Made by a program: the position numbers and the translations under genes. From assembly GCA_016868895.1 (NCBI GenBank), contig VGFK01000001.1:23006-87005 (forward strand): a stretch of 64,000 bases of DNA, given 5' to 3'. Shown in pieces: positions 7,516-16,705 of the stretch. Source of the stretch: Bacteroidota bacterium (lineage in GTDB: Bacteria > Bacteroidota > Bacteroidia > Chitinophagales > Chitinophagaceae). The stretch's first letter is position 1, and each line of letters opens with the position of its first letter. The notes beneath the pieces were generated by a model. It saw only the letters and a list, made by a program, of their open reading frames with translations, did not search any database and was not told where the DNA came from.

Positions 7516-8599
7516 TTTTCCTCCCCTTCTCAAAATCATCAAACACAAAACTTCCCAGCTTATCCAGGCTGGCGTAAAATGCTTTTCCATTATTGGATTC
7601 CGTGAAGGCCCGGACAAAACTCTGCAGGTACGGATCGCTGGTGATCATGAATGTCGTGATCTTGATCCGCAGCTTCTTGCATTGCGCCGCCAGGTTCAAG
7701 CATTTGGTCGTGATCTTCCGATCCAAACCAAAAGCGTTTTTATAATATTTTTTTCCTTCTTTCAAACAGGTTGGCTTTCCGTCGGTGATCATGAAAATCT
7801 GCTTATTCGCATTTTTCCTTCTCCGTAAAATATCCATTGCCAGTTCTAGTCCCGCCACTGTGTTGGTATGGTAGGGACCCACTTGCAGATACGGCAGGTC
7901 CTTGATTTCAATGGGCCAGGCATCATTACCGAAGACCACGATATCGAGGGTGTCTTTTGGATATTTTGTCTTGATCAGTTCGCTCAGGGCCATGGCGACT
8001 TTCTTCGCAGGGGTGATGCGATCCTCGCCGTAGAGAATCATTGAATGCGAGATGTCGATCATCAACACCGTTGAGGTTTGTGTTTTGTAATCTGTTTCAC
8101 GAATCTCGAGATCGCCTTCGTTCAATGAGAATTGATCAATTCCGGAAGTGATTTGAGAATTGCGAATCGAGTTGACCATATCGATTTGTTCCAGTCGGTC
8201 GCCAAACTGAAATGGTCGCGTTTCTGAATTGGCCTCATCTCCTTGTCCGCTCTTATACGTAGCGTGATTTCCTTTTTTGGATTTGGCCAGTTTTCCAAAA
8301 ATATCTTCCAGGGAGCGTTTGCGAATGGTTTGCTCAGTTTTGGGCGTGATGTGAATCTCTCCTTTGCGGTTGTCTTCGTCCACATACCCTTTTTGCTTGA
8401 GGTCCTCAATAAAATCACCAATCCCGTATTGAGGCGTAGAGAAATCGTATTGCTTATCGAGCTCCGTCATCCAGCTAAGCGCTTCTTCTGCATCGCCGTT
8501 GGTGTAGTTCAGGAGCTGCATGAACATGTCCAGCATTTTTTCGAAAGGCGACCCTCCCGCATTCCCCGGCACAAACTTTGAAAACCGAAACCCTTTCAT
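7502..8599 (-). CDS. VWA domain protein, partner of the AAA ATPase
   Basis: MIDAS motif DISHS, TNTVAGL, ITDGKPT. Confidence 0.88.
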   Translation of the reverse strand: MKGFRFSKFVPGNAGGSPFEKMLDMFMQLLNYTNGDAEEALSWMTELDKQYDFSTPQYGIGDFIEDLKQKGYVDEDNRKGEIHITPKTEQTIRKRSLEDIFGKLAKSKKGNHATYKSGQGDEANSETRPFQFGDRLEQIDMVNSIRNSQITSGIDQFSLNEGDLEIRETDYKTQTSTVLMIDISHSMILYGEDRITPAKKVAMALSELIKTKYPKDTLDIVVFGNDAWPIEIKDLPYLQVGPYHTNTVAGLELAMDILRRRKNANKQIFMITDGKPTCLKEGKKYYKNAFGLDRKITTKCLNLAAQCKKLRIKITTFMITSDPYLQSFVRAFTESNNGKAFYASLDKLGSFVFDDFEKGRKSYRL

Positions 8600-8693
8600 G
8601 AAAAAAGTTGAACGATGAAATTACAACTTAATAACGTTTTCTGTTGGCAATGGTTCGCCAAAAAAGGGTAAAGCAGATATGATTGAAAAAGAC

Positions 8694-9710
8694 TTACAGC
8701 AGGTTGACTTCTGCTTCCAGCTGCAGTCCAAAGCGGTGTTGAACCGATTGCTGAATCCGTTGCGCAAGTTCCAACAGTTTAGCTCCCGTTGCGCCGCCGT
8801 AATTCACCAGGACCAGTGCCTGTTTATCGTAGCAACCGCATGGGCCTTCCCGAAATCCTTTCCAGCCGCATTGCTCGATCAACCAACCGGCGGCGAGCTT
8901 GACTCCACCTGCTGATGGATAGGAGGGAATATCGGGATGAGCCGATTTCAATCGTTCGAATGTTGCCTGATCGACTGTTGGGTTTTTAAAAAAACTTCCG
9001 GCATTGCCCAATACCTTGGGATCCGGCAACTTGGAAGAACGGATGTCCATGACCGCCTGCGCAACATCCCGTATGGTGGGCTCCTGTATTTCTTTTTTCT
9101 TCAGCACCTCACGGATAGCACCGTAATCCAGGTGCAATGCATGAGAAGATGCAGAAAGATTCAACACCACTTCGGTAATGATGTAGCGGTCCTTTGCCGT
9201 TGTTTTGAAAATGCTGCTGCGGTAACCAAATGTACAATCATCGCTGAACAACGTGACAAACGCATGTGTCATTCGATCCCACGCTTTCAGAGAATGAAAA
9301 ACATCTTTTTTTTCAACCCCATAGGCGCCGATGTTTTGGACGGGAGCTGCTCCAATGGTTCCGGGAATCAGTGCTAAATTTTCTATTCCACCCCAGTTGT
9401 GTTTGATGCAGTGCATCACACAGTCGTGCCAGTTTTCACCTGCACCAAACGCAACACGAACAACATCCAGTGAAGTTTCCACAACCCGAATCCCTTTGAT
9501 GGAATTGAGAATGACCAGTCGCTCGACATCTTGTGTAAACAGGATATTGCTGCCCGAACCCAGGACCAAGGGGACTCCCGATTGAAACACGTCCGTTTGT
9601 GCAAGTGCTTGCAACTCTTCTTCGGTGGTGATCGCAGCAAACCATTTTGCCTTGACTTCCACCCCGAACGTATTGAACTGCTGTAACGATATATCCCGTT
9701 CAATCAACAT
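8694..9710 (-). CDS. murB: UDP-N-acetylenolpyruvoylglucosamine reductase
   Basis: NTFGV, LGSGSNILF, GAAPVQNIGAYGVE, GNAGSFFKNP, HALVLVN-like KQALVLVNYG; ATG at 9710. Confidence 0.96.
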   Translation of the reverse strand: MLIERDISLQQFNTFGVEVKAKWFAAITTEEELQALAQTDVFQSGVPLVLGSGSNILFTQDVERLVILNSIKGIRVVETSLDVVRVAFGAGENWHDCVMHCIKHNWGGIENLALIPGTIGAAPVQNIGAYGVEKKDVFHSLKAWDRMTHAFVTLFSDDCTFGYRSSIFKTTAKDRYIITEVVLNLSASSHALHLDYGAIREVLKKKEIQEPTIRDVAQAVMDIRSSKLPDPKVLGNAGSFFKNPTVDQATFERLKSAHPDIPSYPSAGGVKLAAGWLIEQCGWKGFREGPCGCYDKQALVLVNYGGATGAKLLELAQRIQQSVQHRFGLQLEAEVNLL

Positions 9711-9743
9711 ACAACCCACAACTTACAACTTACAACATACAAC
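9709..9743. repeat. Heptamer array, 5 units (ATACAAC CCACAAC TTACAAC TTACAAC ATACAAC)
   Basis: Fills the gap between the YfiT stop and the murB start; the murB ATG overlaps the last unit. Confidence 0.9.
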
Positions 9744-9747
9744 TCTC

Positions 9748-10275
9748 TCACCACTGCATCTCCTCCCTCAAATTCGTGACATGTGCAGCATGGTGCTTGC
9801 CGTGCCAGGAATAGATGATTAAGAGCGTCCACAGCGTCATGGTTGTTTTTTGTTCCGGATGAAAGATGGTGCGCTGCCACTGTTCATCGGTGATGGTCTT
9901 AAGCAGTTCGTACCAGCGGTGGTGCAGTGCGTGCAACAGGGTTATGGAATAATTGACCGGAACATTTTTCACATCTGCCGTTTCGCCCCACGCATTTTGG
10001 ATATAGGGTTTGATGGTGGGCTTGTCCTCGGTCAGTCCCAGTTTAAACCGAATGAACGCGTTCATGTGGGAATCGGCCACATGGTGAATCACTTGTGTGA
10101 GCGTCCAACCCCCTTCGCGATAAGGGGTATTCAGTTGATCTTCGTTCAGGTTCAATACAGCATATTCCAGCATGCGTGGAAGAAACAGAATGTCGGCCAG
10201 TCGCGCCTCTTTTTCTTGTTCAGAAAATTCTACTTGCTGCCATTTACCGATGGGGTAACGAGGGTCTGTTGTCAT
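9748..10275 (-). CDS. YfiT/BstA-family bacillithiol transferase (DinB superfamily)
   Basis: DPRYPIG, YREGGWT..QVIHHVADSHMNA, WHGKHHAAH metal-binding histidines. Confidence 0.88.
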   Translation of the reverse strand: MTTDPRYPIGKWQQVEFSEQEKEARLADILFLPRMLEYAVLNLNEDQLNTPYREGGWTLTQVIHHVADSHMNAFIRFKLGLTEDKPTIKPYIQNAWGETADVKNVPVNYSITLLHALHHRWYELLKTITDEQWQRTIFHPEQKTTMTLWTLLIIYSWHGKHHAAHVTNLREEMQW

Positions 10276-11078
10276 TGGTTGGTTTTTACAATCTCGATCA
10301 ATTCCACTTCAAAAATAAGGGTCGATCCTCCGGGAATGTCGGCGCCTGCGCCTTGTTCACCGTAAGCGAGTTGGTAGGGAATGTAGAATTTGTATTTGGA
10401 GCCGACCGGCATCAACTGCACGCCTTCAGTCCATCCGCGGATCACTTGATTCAAGGGGAAAGAAGTCGGCTCACCCCTATCCCTCGAACTGTCAAACTTC
10501 TTGCCATTGAGCAGAAATCCTTCGTAATGCACTTTCACGTTATCGCTCATCGCAGGTTTGGGTCCCGTGCCTTCTGTTATCACCTCGTACTGAAGTCCGC
10601 TGCTGGTTGATTTGACACCCGGCTTCTTGGCATTTTCTTTCAGGAATTTTTCTCCTTCATCAATATTGGGCTGGATTTTTACTTTCACCATGCGCTGCAT
10701 TTGCGACCGAAGAATAGAATCGGCCTGCTCCGGAGTGCACATCGCTTTGGAGGCCATGGCATCTTCAAATCCTTTCGCCAAAGCAGCGGGATTGATCGCA
10801 GAAATTCCTTGTGTCTTGAAAAAATTTCCGTCCAACACCCCAATGGCATAGCTCAATGAATCGGATTCGTTTTTCAACACGACTGCTGCAGGTTTTTGCG
10901 GAGCAGTTTTTGATAGAGGCGGTTGGGTAGCAGGCGACTTGGATAATGGAGGCTGTGTAGTCGGCGCCTTGGAAACAGGCGGTTTCGTTGTCGGAGCTTT
11001 TGTAGTCGCTGACTTGTTCTGCGCCTGCACCTGGATTCCCATGGCAAACACCATCACACTGATCAGGAGTTTATTCAT
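10272..11078 (-). CDS. FKBP-type peptidyl-prolyl isomerase (FkpA/FklB-like), exported
   Basis: Signal peptide, DSLSYAIG, SGLQYEV, VHYEG, FDSS, VIRGWTEG, IPYQLAYG. Confidence 0.93.
   Translation of the reverse strand: MNKLLISVMVFAMGIQVQAQNKSATTKAPTTKPPVSKAPTTQPPLSKSPATQPPLSKTAPQKPAAVVLKNESDSLSYAIGVLDGNFFKTQGISAINPAALAKGFEDAMASKAMCTPEQADSILRSQMQRMVKVKIQPNIDEGEKFLKENAKKPGVKSTSSGLQYEVITEGTGPKPAMSDNVKVHYEGFLLNGKKFDSSRDRGEPTSFPLNQVIRGWTEGVQLMPVGSKYKFYIPYQLAYGEQGAGADIPGGSTLIFEVELIEIVKTNQ
10891..11010 (-). repeat. Degenerate 30-bp coding repeat, about 4 units (Pro/Thr/Lys-rich linker)
   Basis: Encodes ATTKAPTTKP PVSKAPTTQP PLSKSPATQP PLSKTAPQKP. Confidence 0.75.
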
Positions 11079-11096
11079 GTTGTTGAGTTGATTCAG

Positions 11097-11642
11097 TTAA
11101 TCGAATGCGTTTTCAAAGCCCTTTCCTTTGAGGGAATGAACTTTTGTTTCTACTTCTTTTTTCATTTTAGTTTTAAAATCGACCAGCTTCTTTTGAAGAG
11201 CGGCGCTGTTGGTCGATAAAATGGATGCGGCCAGTATGCCCGCATTTTTTGCTCCGTTTAGCGCGACCGTCGCCACCGGAATGCCATTGGGCATTTGCAA
11301 TATCGACAGTACGGAATCCCAGCCATCAATGGAGTTGGAGGATTTGATCGGAACGCCGATGACCGGCAAGGTGGTGACAGAGGCCACCATACCAGGAAGA
11401 TGAGCGGCGCCTCCGGCGCCGGCAACGATGACTTTAATTCCCCGCTTCGCTGCTGAAGTAGCAAACCGCATGAGTCGCTCTGGTGTGCGGTGTGCCGACA
11501 CGACCGTGAGCTCAAACGCGATGCTAAATTCTTTCAACTGTTCGGCAGCGGCGTTCATCACCGGAAGATCGCTGTCGCTTCCCATGATGATGCTCACCAC
11601 CGGCTTTTTTTTGAGTTTGGGAGAAGATTTTTTTACGGCCAT
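11097..11642 (-). CDS. purE: N5-CAIR mutase
   Basis: [31 protein letters not shown]. Confidence 0.97.
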   Translation of the reverse strand: MAVKKSSPKLKKKPVVSIIMGSDSDLPVMNAAAEQLKEFSIAFELTVVSAHRTPERLMRFATSAAKRGIKVIVAGAGGAAHLPGMVASVTTLPVIGVPIKSSNSIDGWDSVLSILQMPNGIPVATVALNGAKNAGILAASILSTNSAALQKKLVDFKTKMKKEVETKVHSLKGKGFENAFD

Positions 11643-11648
11643 ATTAAA

Positions 11649-12776
11649 TTAGTGTTGTGCCTTGACCAGCAAGGTCGTTTTGATCTGGTGAGCCTGTTGC
11701 AGGAGTTGCGGAACATCATCACCCATCAGCGTAACGTGTCCCATTTTCCTGCCGGGTTTGGTCGACTGCTTCCCGTAAAGATGAACAAAAGCATTGGGAA
11801 TGGCAAGCACCGCTTTCAATCCTTCGTACCGAACGGGTCCCACTTCCCCCTCCGCTCCTAGAATATTCAGCATGACCGACGATTGTATCATTTCGGTATT
11901 GCCCAACGGATAACCCAGCAGAATCCTCCACAACATATCGAACTGAGAACTGTAATGGGCTTCGATGGTGTGGTGACCCGAATTGTGCACACGCGGGGCG
12001 GTTTCGTTGACCCAGACTTCGCCTTGCTTGTCGACAAACATCTCCACCGCAAATAAACCCGGTGACGCAAATCCGGTGGCGACTTTCACCGCCAGCGCAT
12101 TTGCTTTTTCCACTACAGCGGCACTGATGCCTGCGGGACAGACCTGTACATCCAATACATTCAAGACGGGATCGAATACCATTTCCACGGCAGGATAAAT
12201 GGCCGTCGAACCGTCTTGTCCCACCGCCACCGAAACTGCAATTTCTTTATCAATATCCACCAGCTTTTCCAACACGGACGGTGCATCAAAACCTTTAGCG
12301 ATGTCATCGTTGTGTAAAATCAATTGTACCCCTTTTCCATCGTATCCCCCTTTAGCCAGTTTTTGGGCAGCTGGCAGAAAATCCAAGTGACCATTCAGCT
12401 CATCTCGCGTGTGTATAACCCTGTATGCAGGGGATTGTATACCCTGTTGCTGATAGAATTTTTTTTGCCCGATCTTGTCCTTGATCGTCCTTAAGCATGC
12501 TGATCGAGGTATGATCTTAACTCCCTGATCTTCAAGATACTGAAGGGCATCCACGTTCACATGTTCGATCTCAGTGGTCAGAACATCCATTTGCATTCCA
12601 AAGCTGACCACGTCGTCATATGATGAAAAATTTCCTGTGTATAAATTTTTCCCTACATTGGAAGCCGGACAATTTGGATCGCTTTCCAAAATGTGGACAT
12701 CCACTGGATAATTCGGTGCCTCCTGCAGAAGCATCCTTCCCAATTGACCCCCTCCCAAAATCCCTATCCTGAGCAT
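11649..12776 (-). CDS. purK: N5-CAIR synthetase
   Basis: IGILGGGQLGRM, GGYDGKG, NETAPRVHNSGH, HLYGK, GRKMGH; start trimmed to MLRIGIL. Confidence 0.96.
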   Translation of the reverse strand: MLRIGILGGGQLGRMLLQEAPNYPVDVHILESDPNCPASNVGKNLYTGNFSSYDDVVSFGMQMDVLTTEIEHVNVDALQYLEDQGVKIIPRSACLRTIKDKIGQKKFYQQQGIQSPAYRVIHTRDELNGHLDFLPAAQKLAKGGYDGKGVQLILHNDDIAKGFDAPSVLEKLVDIDKEIAVSVAVGQDGSTAIYPAVEMVFDPVLNVLDVQVCPAGISAAVVEKANALAVKVATGFASPGLFAVEMFVDKQGEVWVNETAPRVHNSGHHTIEAHYSSQFDMLWRILLGYPLGNTEMIQSSVMLNILGAEGEVGPVRYEGLKAVLAIPNAFVHLYGKQSTKPGRKMGHVTLMGDDVPQLLQQAHQIKTTLLVKAQH

Positions 12777-12886
12777 AATAAATTGAAATTCACCTCGTTT
12801 ATTATGTTGACCCTGCAAATATCCTACAAGTTATTTGGATTGAAAAGATTATTAAATTTGATGAAATGTATTGCCCCGGCAATAAC

Positions 12887-13642
12887 ATGCGGACCAATAT
12901 CCTGATACTGTTTTCCACCTTGCTCATCCTGAGCAATGTGCAGGCGCAAAGTGCCTTGAACCCTTATGCACATGCATTTGATCGCGTATCCGACGCCTTC
13001 AAGAATAAAGAAGACCTGCTGAAAAAAGAATTTGAATCCAAAGGTCTTGCCTGGCCGGTCAAGCATATCTATATCCGCTCTTTCAAGTACAACAGCGAAC
13101 TGCAGGTCTGGGTGAAAGAACAGGAAACCGGATCCTACAAGCATTTCAAGAGTTATAGAGTATGCGCTCTGGCGGGCTCCATGGGACCCAAACGCATGGA
13201 AGGCGACTACCAGGTACCGGAAGGATTTTACTTCATCAACGAATTCAACCCCAACAGTCAGTACCATCTATCACTGGGACTGAACTATCCGAACGCATCC
13301 GATAAAAAACTATCCGATCCAATCAAGCCGGGTGGTGAAATCTATATCCACGGCAGCTGCGTGACCGTCGGGTGCATTCCGCTGACCGATCCCATGATCG
13401 AAGAGCTCTATGTGCTGGCTTCACATGCAAAAGGCGGAGGACAAGATTTTATTCCGGTGCACATCTTCTCAGCCAAATTCGATCATCCCAAAAGCGCTGA
13501 ATACCTCGAAAAACTCTACACCATCGATCCTTCGCTGCGAGCCTTTGAAAACAACATGCGCAAGGCATACGATTATTTCGAAGAGCATCGTAAATTGCCG
13601 GTCGTAGCCGTAGCCCCAGACGGGAGATACGTGTTCTACTGA
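12887..13642 (+). CDS. L,D-transpeptidase/carboxypeptidase family (YafK/DpaA-like), exported
   Basis: GPK..EGD.QVPEGFY, YHLSLGLNYPN, IYIHGSCVTVGC catalytic HxxxxxxGC motif. Confidence 0.88.
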   Translation: MRTNILILFSTLLILSNVQAQSALNPYAHAFDRVSDAFKNKEDLLKKEFESKGLAWPVKHIYIRSFKYNSELQVWVKEQETGSYKHFKSYRVCALAGSMGPKRMEGDYQVPEGFYFINEFNPNSQYHLSLGLNYPNASDKKLSDPIKPGGEIYIHGSCVTVGCIPLTDPMIEELYVLASHAKGGGQDFIPVHIFSAKFDHPKSAEYLEKLYTIDPSLRAFENNMRKAYDYFEEHRKLPVVAVAPDGRYVFY

Positions 13643-13647
13643 TCCAC

Positions 13648-14400
13648 ATGATCCAAGTAGAGAATCTCAAAAAGTGTTACGGAACCTTTGAAGCAGTCAA
13701 AGGCATCAGCTTTGAAGTAAAAGAAGGTGAAATCTTTGGATTGCTCGGTCCCAATGGCGCGGGCAAATCCACCACCCTGGAAATCATGGAAACCCTGCGG
13801 GATAAAACATCCGGCACCGTGACCATTGCGGGATTCGATCTGGATCGTCAACCTGATGAAATCAAAAAAATAATTGGAGTGCAATTGCAGACTTCCGGAT
13901 TTTATCCGGGACTGCGACTCATCGAGCTGGTGAACCTGTTCAACGGGCTCTACAACAAAGCGGTGGATCCGATACAGTTGTTGTCGGCCGTAAACCTGGA
14001 GGACAAAGCAACCGCCCAGTACAAGTCGCTCAGCGGTGGACAAAAACAGCGTTTCTCCATTGCTACTACCCTGATCAACGATCCGCGGATTATTTTTTTG
14101 GATGAGCCGACTACGGGACTCGATCCTCAGGCCAGAAGAAACCTGTGGGACCTGATCCGAAACATCCGCAACAAAGGCACGACGGTGATCATCACTACGC
14201 ACTACATGGATGAGGCAGAATACCTCTGCGATCGTGTAGCGATCATGGATGCAGGTAAAATCATTGCGCTCGATCCACCCGATCGACTCATCGATCAGTT
14301 GCTATCGTCTGGTTTTGAAAAACAAAAAGAAAACAAAGGGGCCAACCTGGAGGATGTATTCATCCACCTCACCGGTCACGCATTGAGAGAAGAAAAATGA
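13648..14400 (+). CDS. ABC-2 type transporter ATP-binding subunit
   Basis: GPNGAGKST, LSGGQKQR, FLDEPTTGLD, TTHYMDEAE. Confidence 0.95.
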   Translation: MIQVENLKKCYGTFEAVKGISFEVKEGEIFGLLGPNGAGKSTTLEIMETLRDKTSGTVTIAGFDLDRQPDEIKKIIGVQLQTSGFYPGLRLIELVNLFNGLYNKAVDPIQLLSAVNLEDKATAQYKSLSGGQKQRFSIATTLINDPRIIFLDEPTTGLDPQARRNLWDLIRNIRNKGTTVIITTHYMDEAEYLCDRVAIMDAGKIIALDPPDRLIDQLLSSGFEKQKENKGANLEDVFIHLTGHALREEK

Positions 14401-15104
14401 ACGTTGCACAGTTAGCGAAATACATCGATCATTCTCTGTTGCATCCGACCATGACCGATCAGGATCTGGAAAACGGCTGCGCAACGGCCATTGCATATGG
14501 AACGGCGACCGTTTGCATCAAGCCCTATGCGGTGAAATGGGCAGCTGAGCGACTCAAAGGCAGCGGTGTGGGCGTGTGCACGGTGATTGGATTTCCGCAC
14601 GGCAGCAACACCACTGATCTGAAAGTGATTGAAACCATTGAAGCCTGCCGCAACGGCGCCTCCGAAATCGACATGGTGGTCAACATCGGAAAAGCAATCA
14701 GCGGCGATTGGGAATATGTTGCCCATGAAATCGATCAGATCCAATCGGCCTGTCTCGAACACAACGCCATCCTCAAGGTCATTTTTGAAAATGATTTTTT
14801 GAATACCGCACAGAAAATTGAACTCTGTCGCATCTGCTCCGAACTCCACGTGGCATTTGTAAAAACATCCACCGGATATGGATTTGTGAAGCAAGCCGAT
14901 GGATCGTTTGTCACCAAAGGAGCGACATTGGACGATCTGAAACTCATGCGGGATGCGTGTCCACCCGCCATCCAACTCAAAGCCGCCGGCGGGATTCGTT
15001 CTTTACCTGAACTGCTCGCGGCCATTGATGCCGGCGCCACACGCATTGGCTCAACTGCAACTGCATCAATATTAGAAGAAGCGCGTAAACAGTTTAGCCA
15101 GTGA
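14397..15104 (+). CDS. deoC: Deoxyribose-phosphate aldolase
   Basis: IDHSLL, VIGFPHG, EIDMV, FVKTSTG, KAAGGIR, RIGST. Confidence 0.96.
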   Translation: MNVAQLAKYIDHSLLHPTMTDQDLENGCATAIAYGTATVCIKPYAVKWAAERLKGSGVGVCTVIGFPHGSNTTDLKVIETIEACRNGASEIDMVVNIGKAISGDWEYVAHEIDQIQSACLEHNAILKVIFENDFLNTAQKIELCRICSELHVAFVKTSTGYGFVKQADGSFVTKGATLDDLKLMRDACPPAIQLKAAGGIRSLPELLAAIDAGATRIGSTATASILEEARKQFSQ

Positions 15105-16699
15105 AATCGGAATGCAGATACCTGGATTACCGGTCCACCGCCCTCTTTTCTTCGCTGGTGCTCGACTACCTGGATCAACATTCTGCGCTGGAACCTTTCA
15201 TTGAACACGCTCCTACGCTTGACGGCATGCGTTCGGCCATGGAAGCCCGGAAAAAATTCCCGACCCATCGCGCATTGATCCGCTCCACTTTTGAACAGGC
15301 GTATGCAGGACAGAGCACCGCTGAGCAAGCGCGCAACATTGAATGGCTCAGTGCAGAGACCACGTTCACCGTGTGCACGGCGCACCAGCCCAATATTTTT
15401 ACCGGTTATTTGTATTTCATTTACAAGACGGCGCATACCATTGCGTTGTGCCGCTCGCTCAAAGCCGCATTTCCGGAGAATGATTTTGTCCCGGTGTTTT
15501 ACATCGGCAGTGAGGACAACGATCTAGATGAACTTTCTGTTTTTCAGCTGAATGGCAAACCCTTTCGCTGGGAAACCGATCAGACCGGCGCTGTGGGTCG
15601 CATGCAATCCGATGCCGGCATTCAGCAACTCATTGAAGAGATCAGAAAAGAGGTATCGCATTTCCCTTATGCGCAGCAACTGATTGATCTGCTCAAAAAG
15701 GCCTACGCAAAGGGGAACACGATGGCCGATGCCATTTTCATTTTGTTGAACGAAATGTTTGGAGCAGAAGGATTGCTGGTGTTGCAACCCGATGATGCCG
15801 CACTCAAGCAATCGTTTGTCGCGGTCATGAAAGACGACCTCGTGCACTCCAGAGCTGAGCGGATTGTGGGACAAAGCATCGAGGCATTATCCCGCCAGTA
15901 TAAGGTACAGGTGAATCCGCGTACGGTGAATTTATTTTATTTGCGCGATGGCATTCGCAACCGCATTGATAAGCGGGGCGAGCAGTATTCAGTCGACGGC
16001 ACCGTGATTCGTTTTCAGCAATCGGAGATCTTGCAAGAGCTCAAGGAACATCCCGAGCGGTTCAGTCCAAACGTCATCCTGCGCGGACTCTATCAGGAAA
16101 CCATTTTACCCAACATTGCATTCATCGGTGGAGGCTCGGAAGTCGCCTATTGGATGGAACTCCGTTCGCTCTTTGAACATTACGGAGTGCCTTATCCCGT
16201 ATTGGTATTGCGCAACAGTTTCCTGGTCGTGGATGCAGCACATTGGAGCAAGCTCGAGGCATTGGGCATTCACGAAGCCGATCTGTTCAAGGATGAAACA
16301 ATCGTGGCCAATGAAGTGATCCAGCGATGGGCAGTGGCAGATATTCATTTGTCCAAGGAGACCGCTGAGAGCCGTGCGCTTTTCGAACACCTCAAGCAGC
16401 GGGCGGGGGCAATCGACAGAACCCTCGTTCAGCATGTGCACGCATTGGAGGTAGGTTTCCTGAAACGGATGGAGTCGCTCGAGAAAAAAATGCTCCGTGC
16501 CGAGCGAAAAAAACAATCTACGCAATTGCAACGCATCTGGAAACTCAAATCAGCGCTGTTTCCGCAAGGGAGTTTACAGGAACGCAAGTGGAATGTGCTG
16601 CCGTATTACGCGCAGTATGGTCCCGCATTCATCCACACCATCCTCCGCCATTCGCTCGCTCTCGAACAGCAGTTCGGTATTGTAATTATTGAAGAGTGA
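15101..16699 (+). CDS. bshC: Bacillithiol biosynthesis cysteine-adding enzyme
   Basis: TAHQPNIFTG..YFIYK, SEDND.DE, SPNVILR, GGGSEVAYW, LQER. Confidence 0.93.
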   Translation: MKSECRYLDYRSTALFSSLVLDYLDQHSALEPFIEHAPTLDGMRSAMEARKKFPTHRALIRSTFEQAYAGQSTAEQARNIEWLSAETTFTVCTAHQPNIFTGYLYFIYKTAHTIALCRSLKAAFPENDFVPVFYIGSEDNDLDELSVFQLNGKPFRWETDQTGAVGRMQSDAGIQQLIEEIRKEVSHFPYAQQLIDLLKKAYAKGNTMADAIFILLNEMFGAEGLLVLQPDDAALKQSFVAVMKDDLVHSRAERIVGQSIEALSRQYKVQVNPRTVNLFYLRDGIRNRIDKRGEQYSVDGTVIRFQQSEILQELKEHPERFSPNVILRGLYQETILPNIAFIGGGSEVAYWMELRSLFEHYGVPYPVLVLRNSFLVVDAAHWSKLEALGIHEADLFKDETIVANEVIQRWAVADIHLSKETAESRALFEHLKQRAGAIDRTLVQHVHALEVGFLKRMESLEKKMLRAERKKQSTQLQRIWKLKSALFPQGSLQERKWNVLPYYAQYGPAFIHTILRHSLALEQQFGIVIIEE

Positions 16700-16705
16700 T
16701 TCGGC

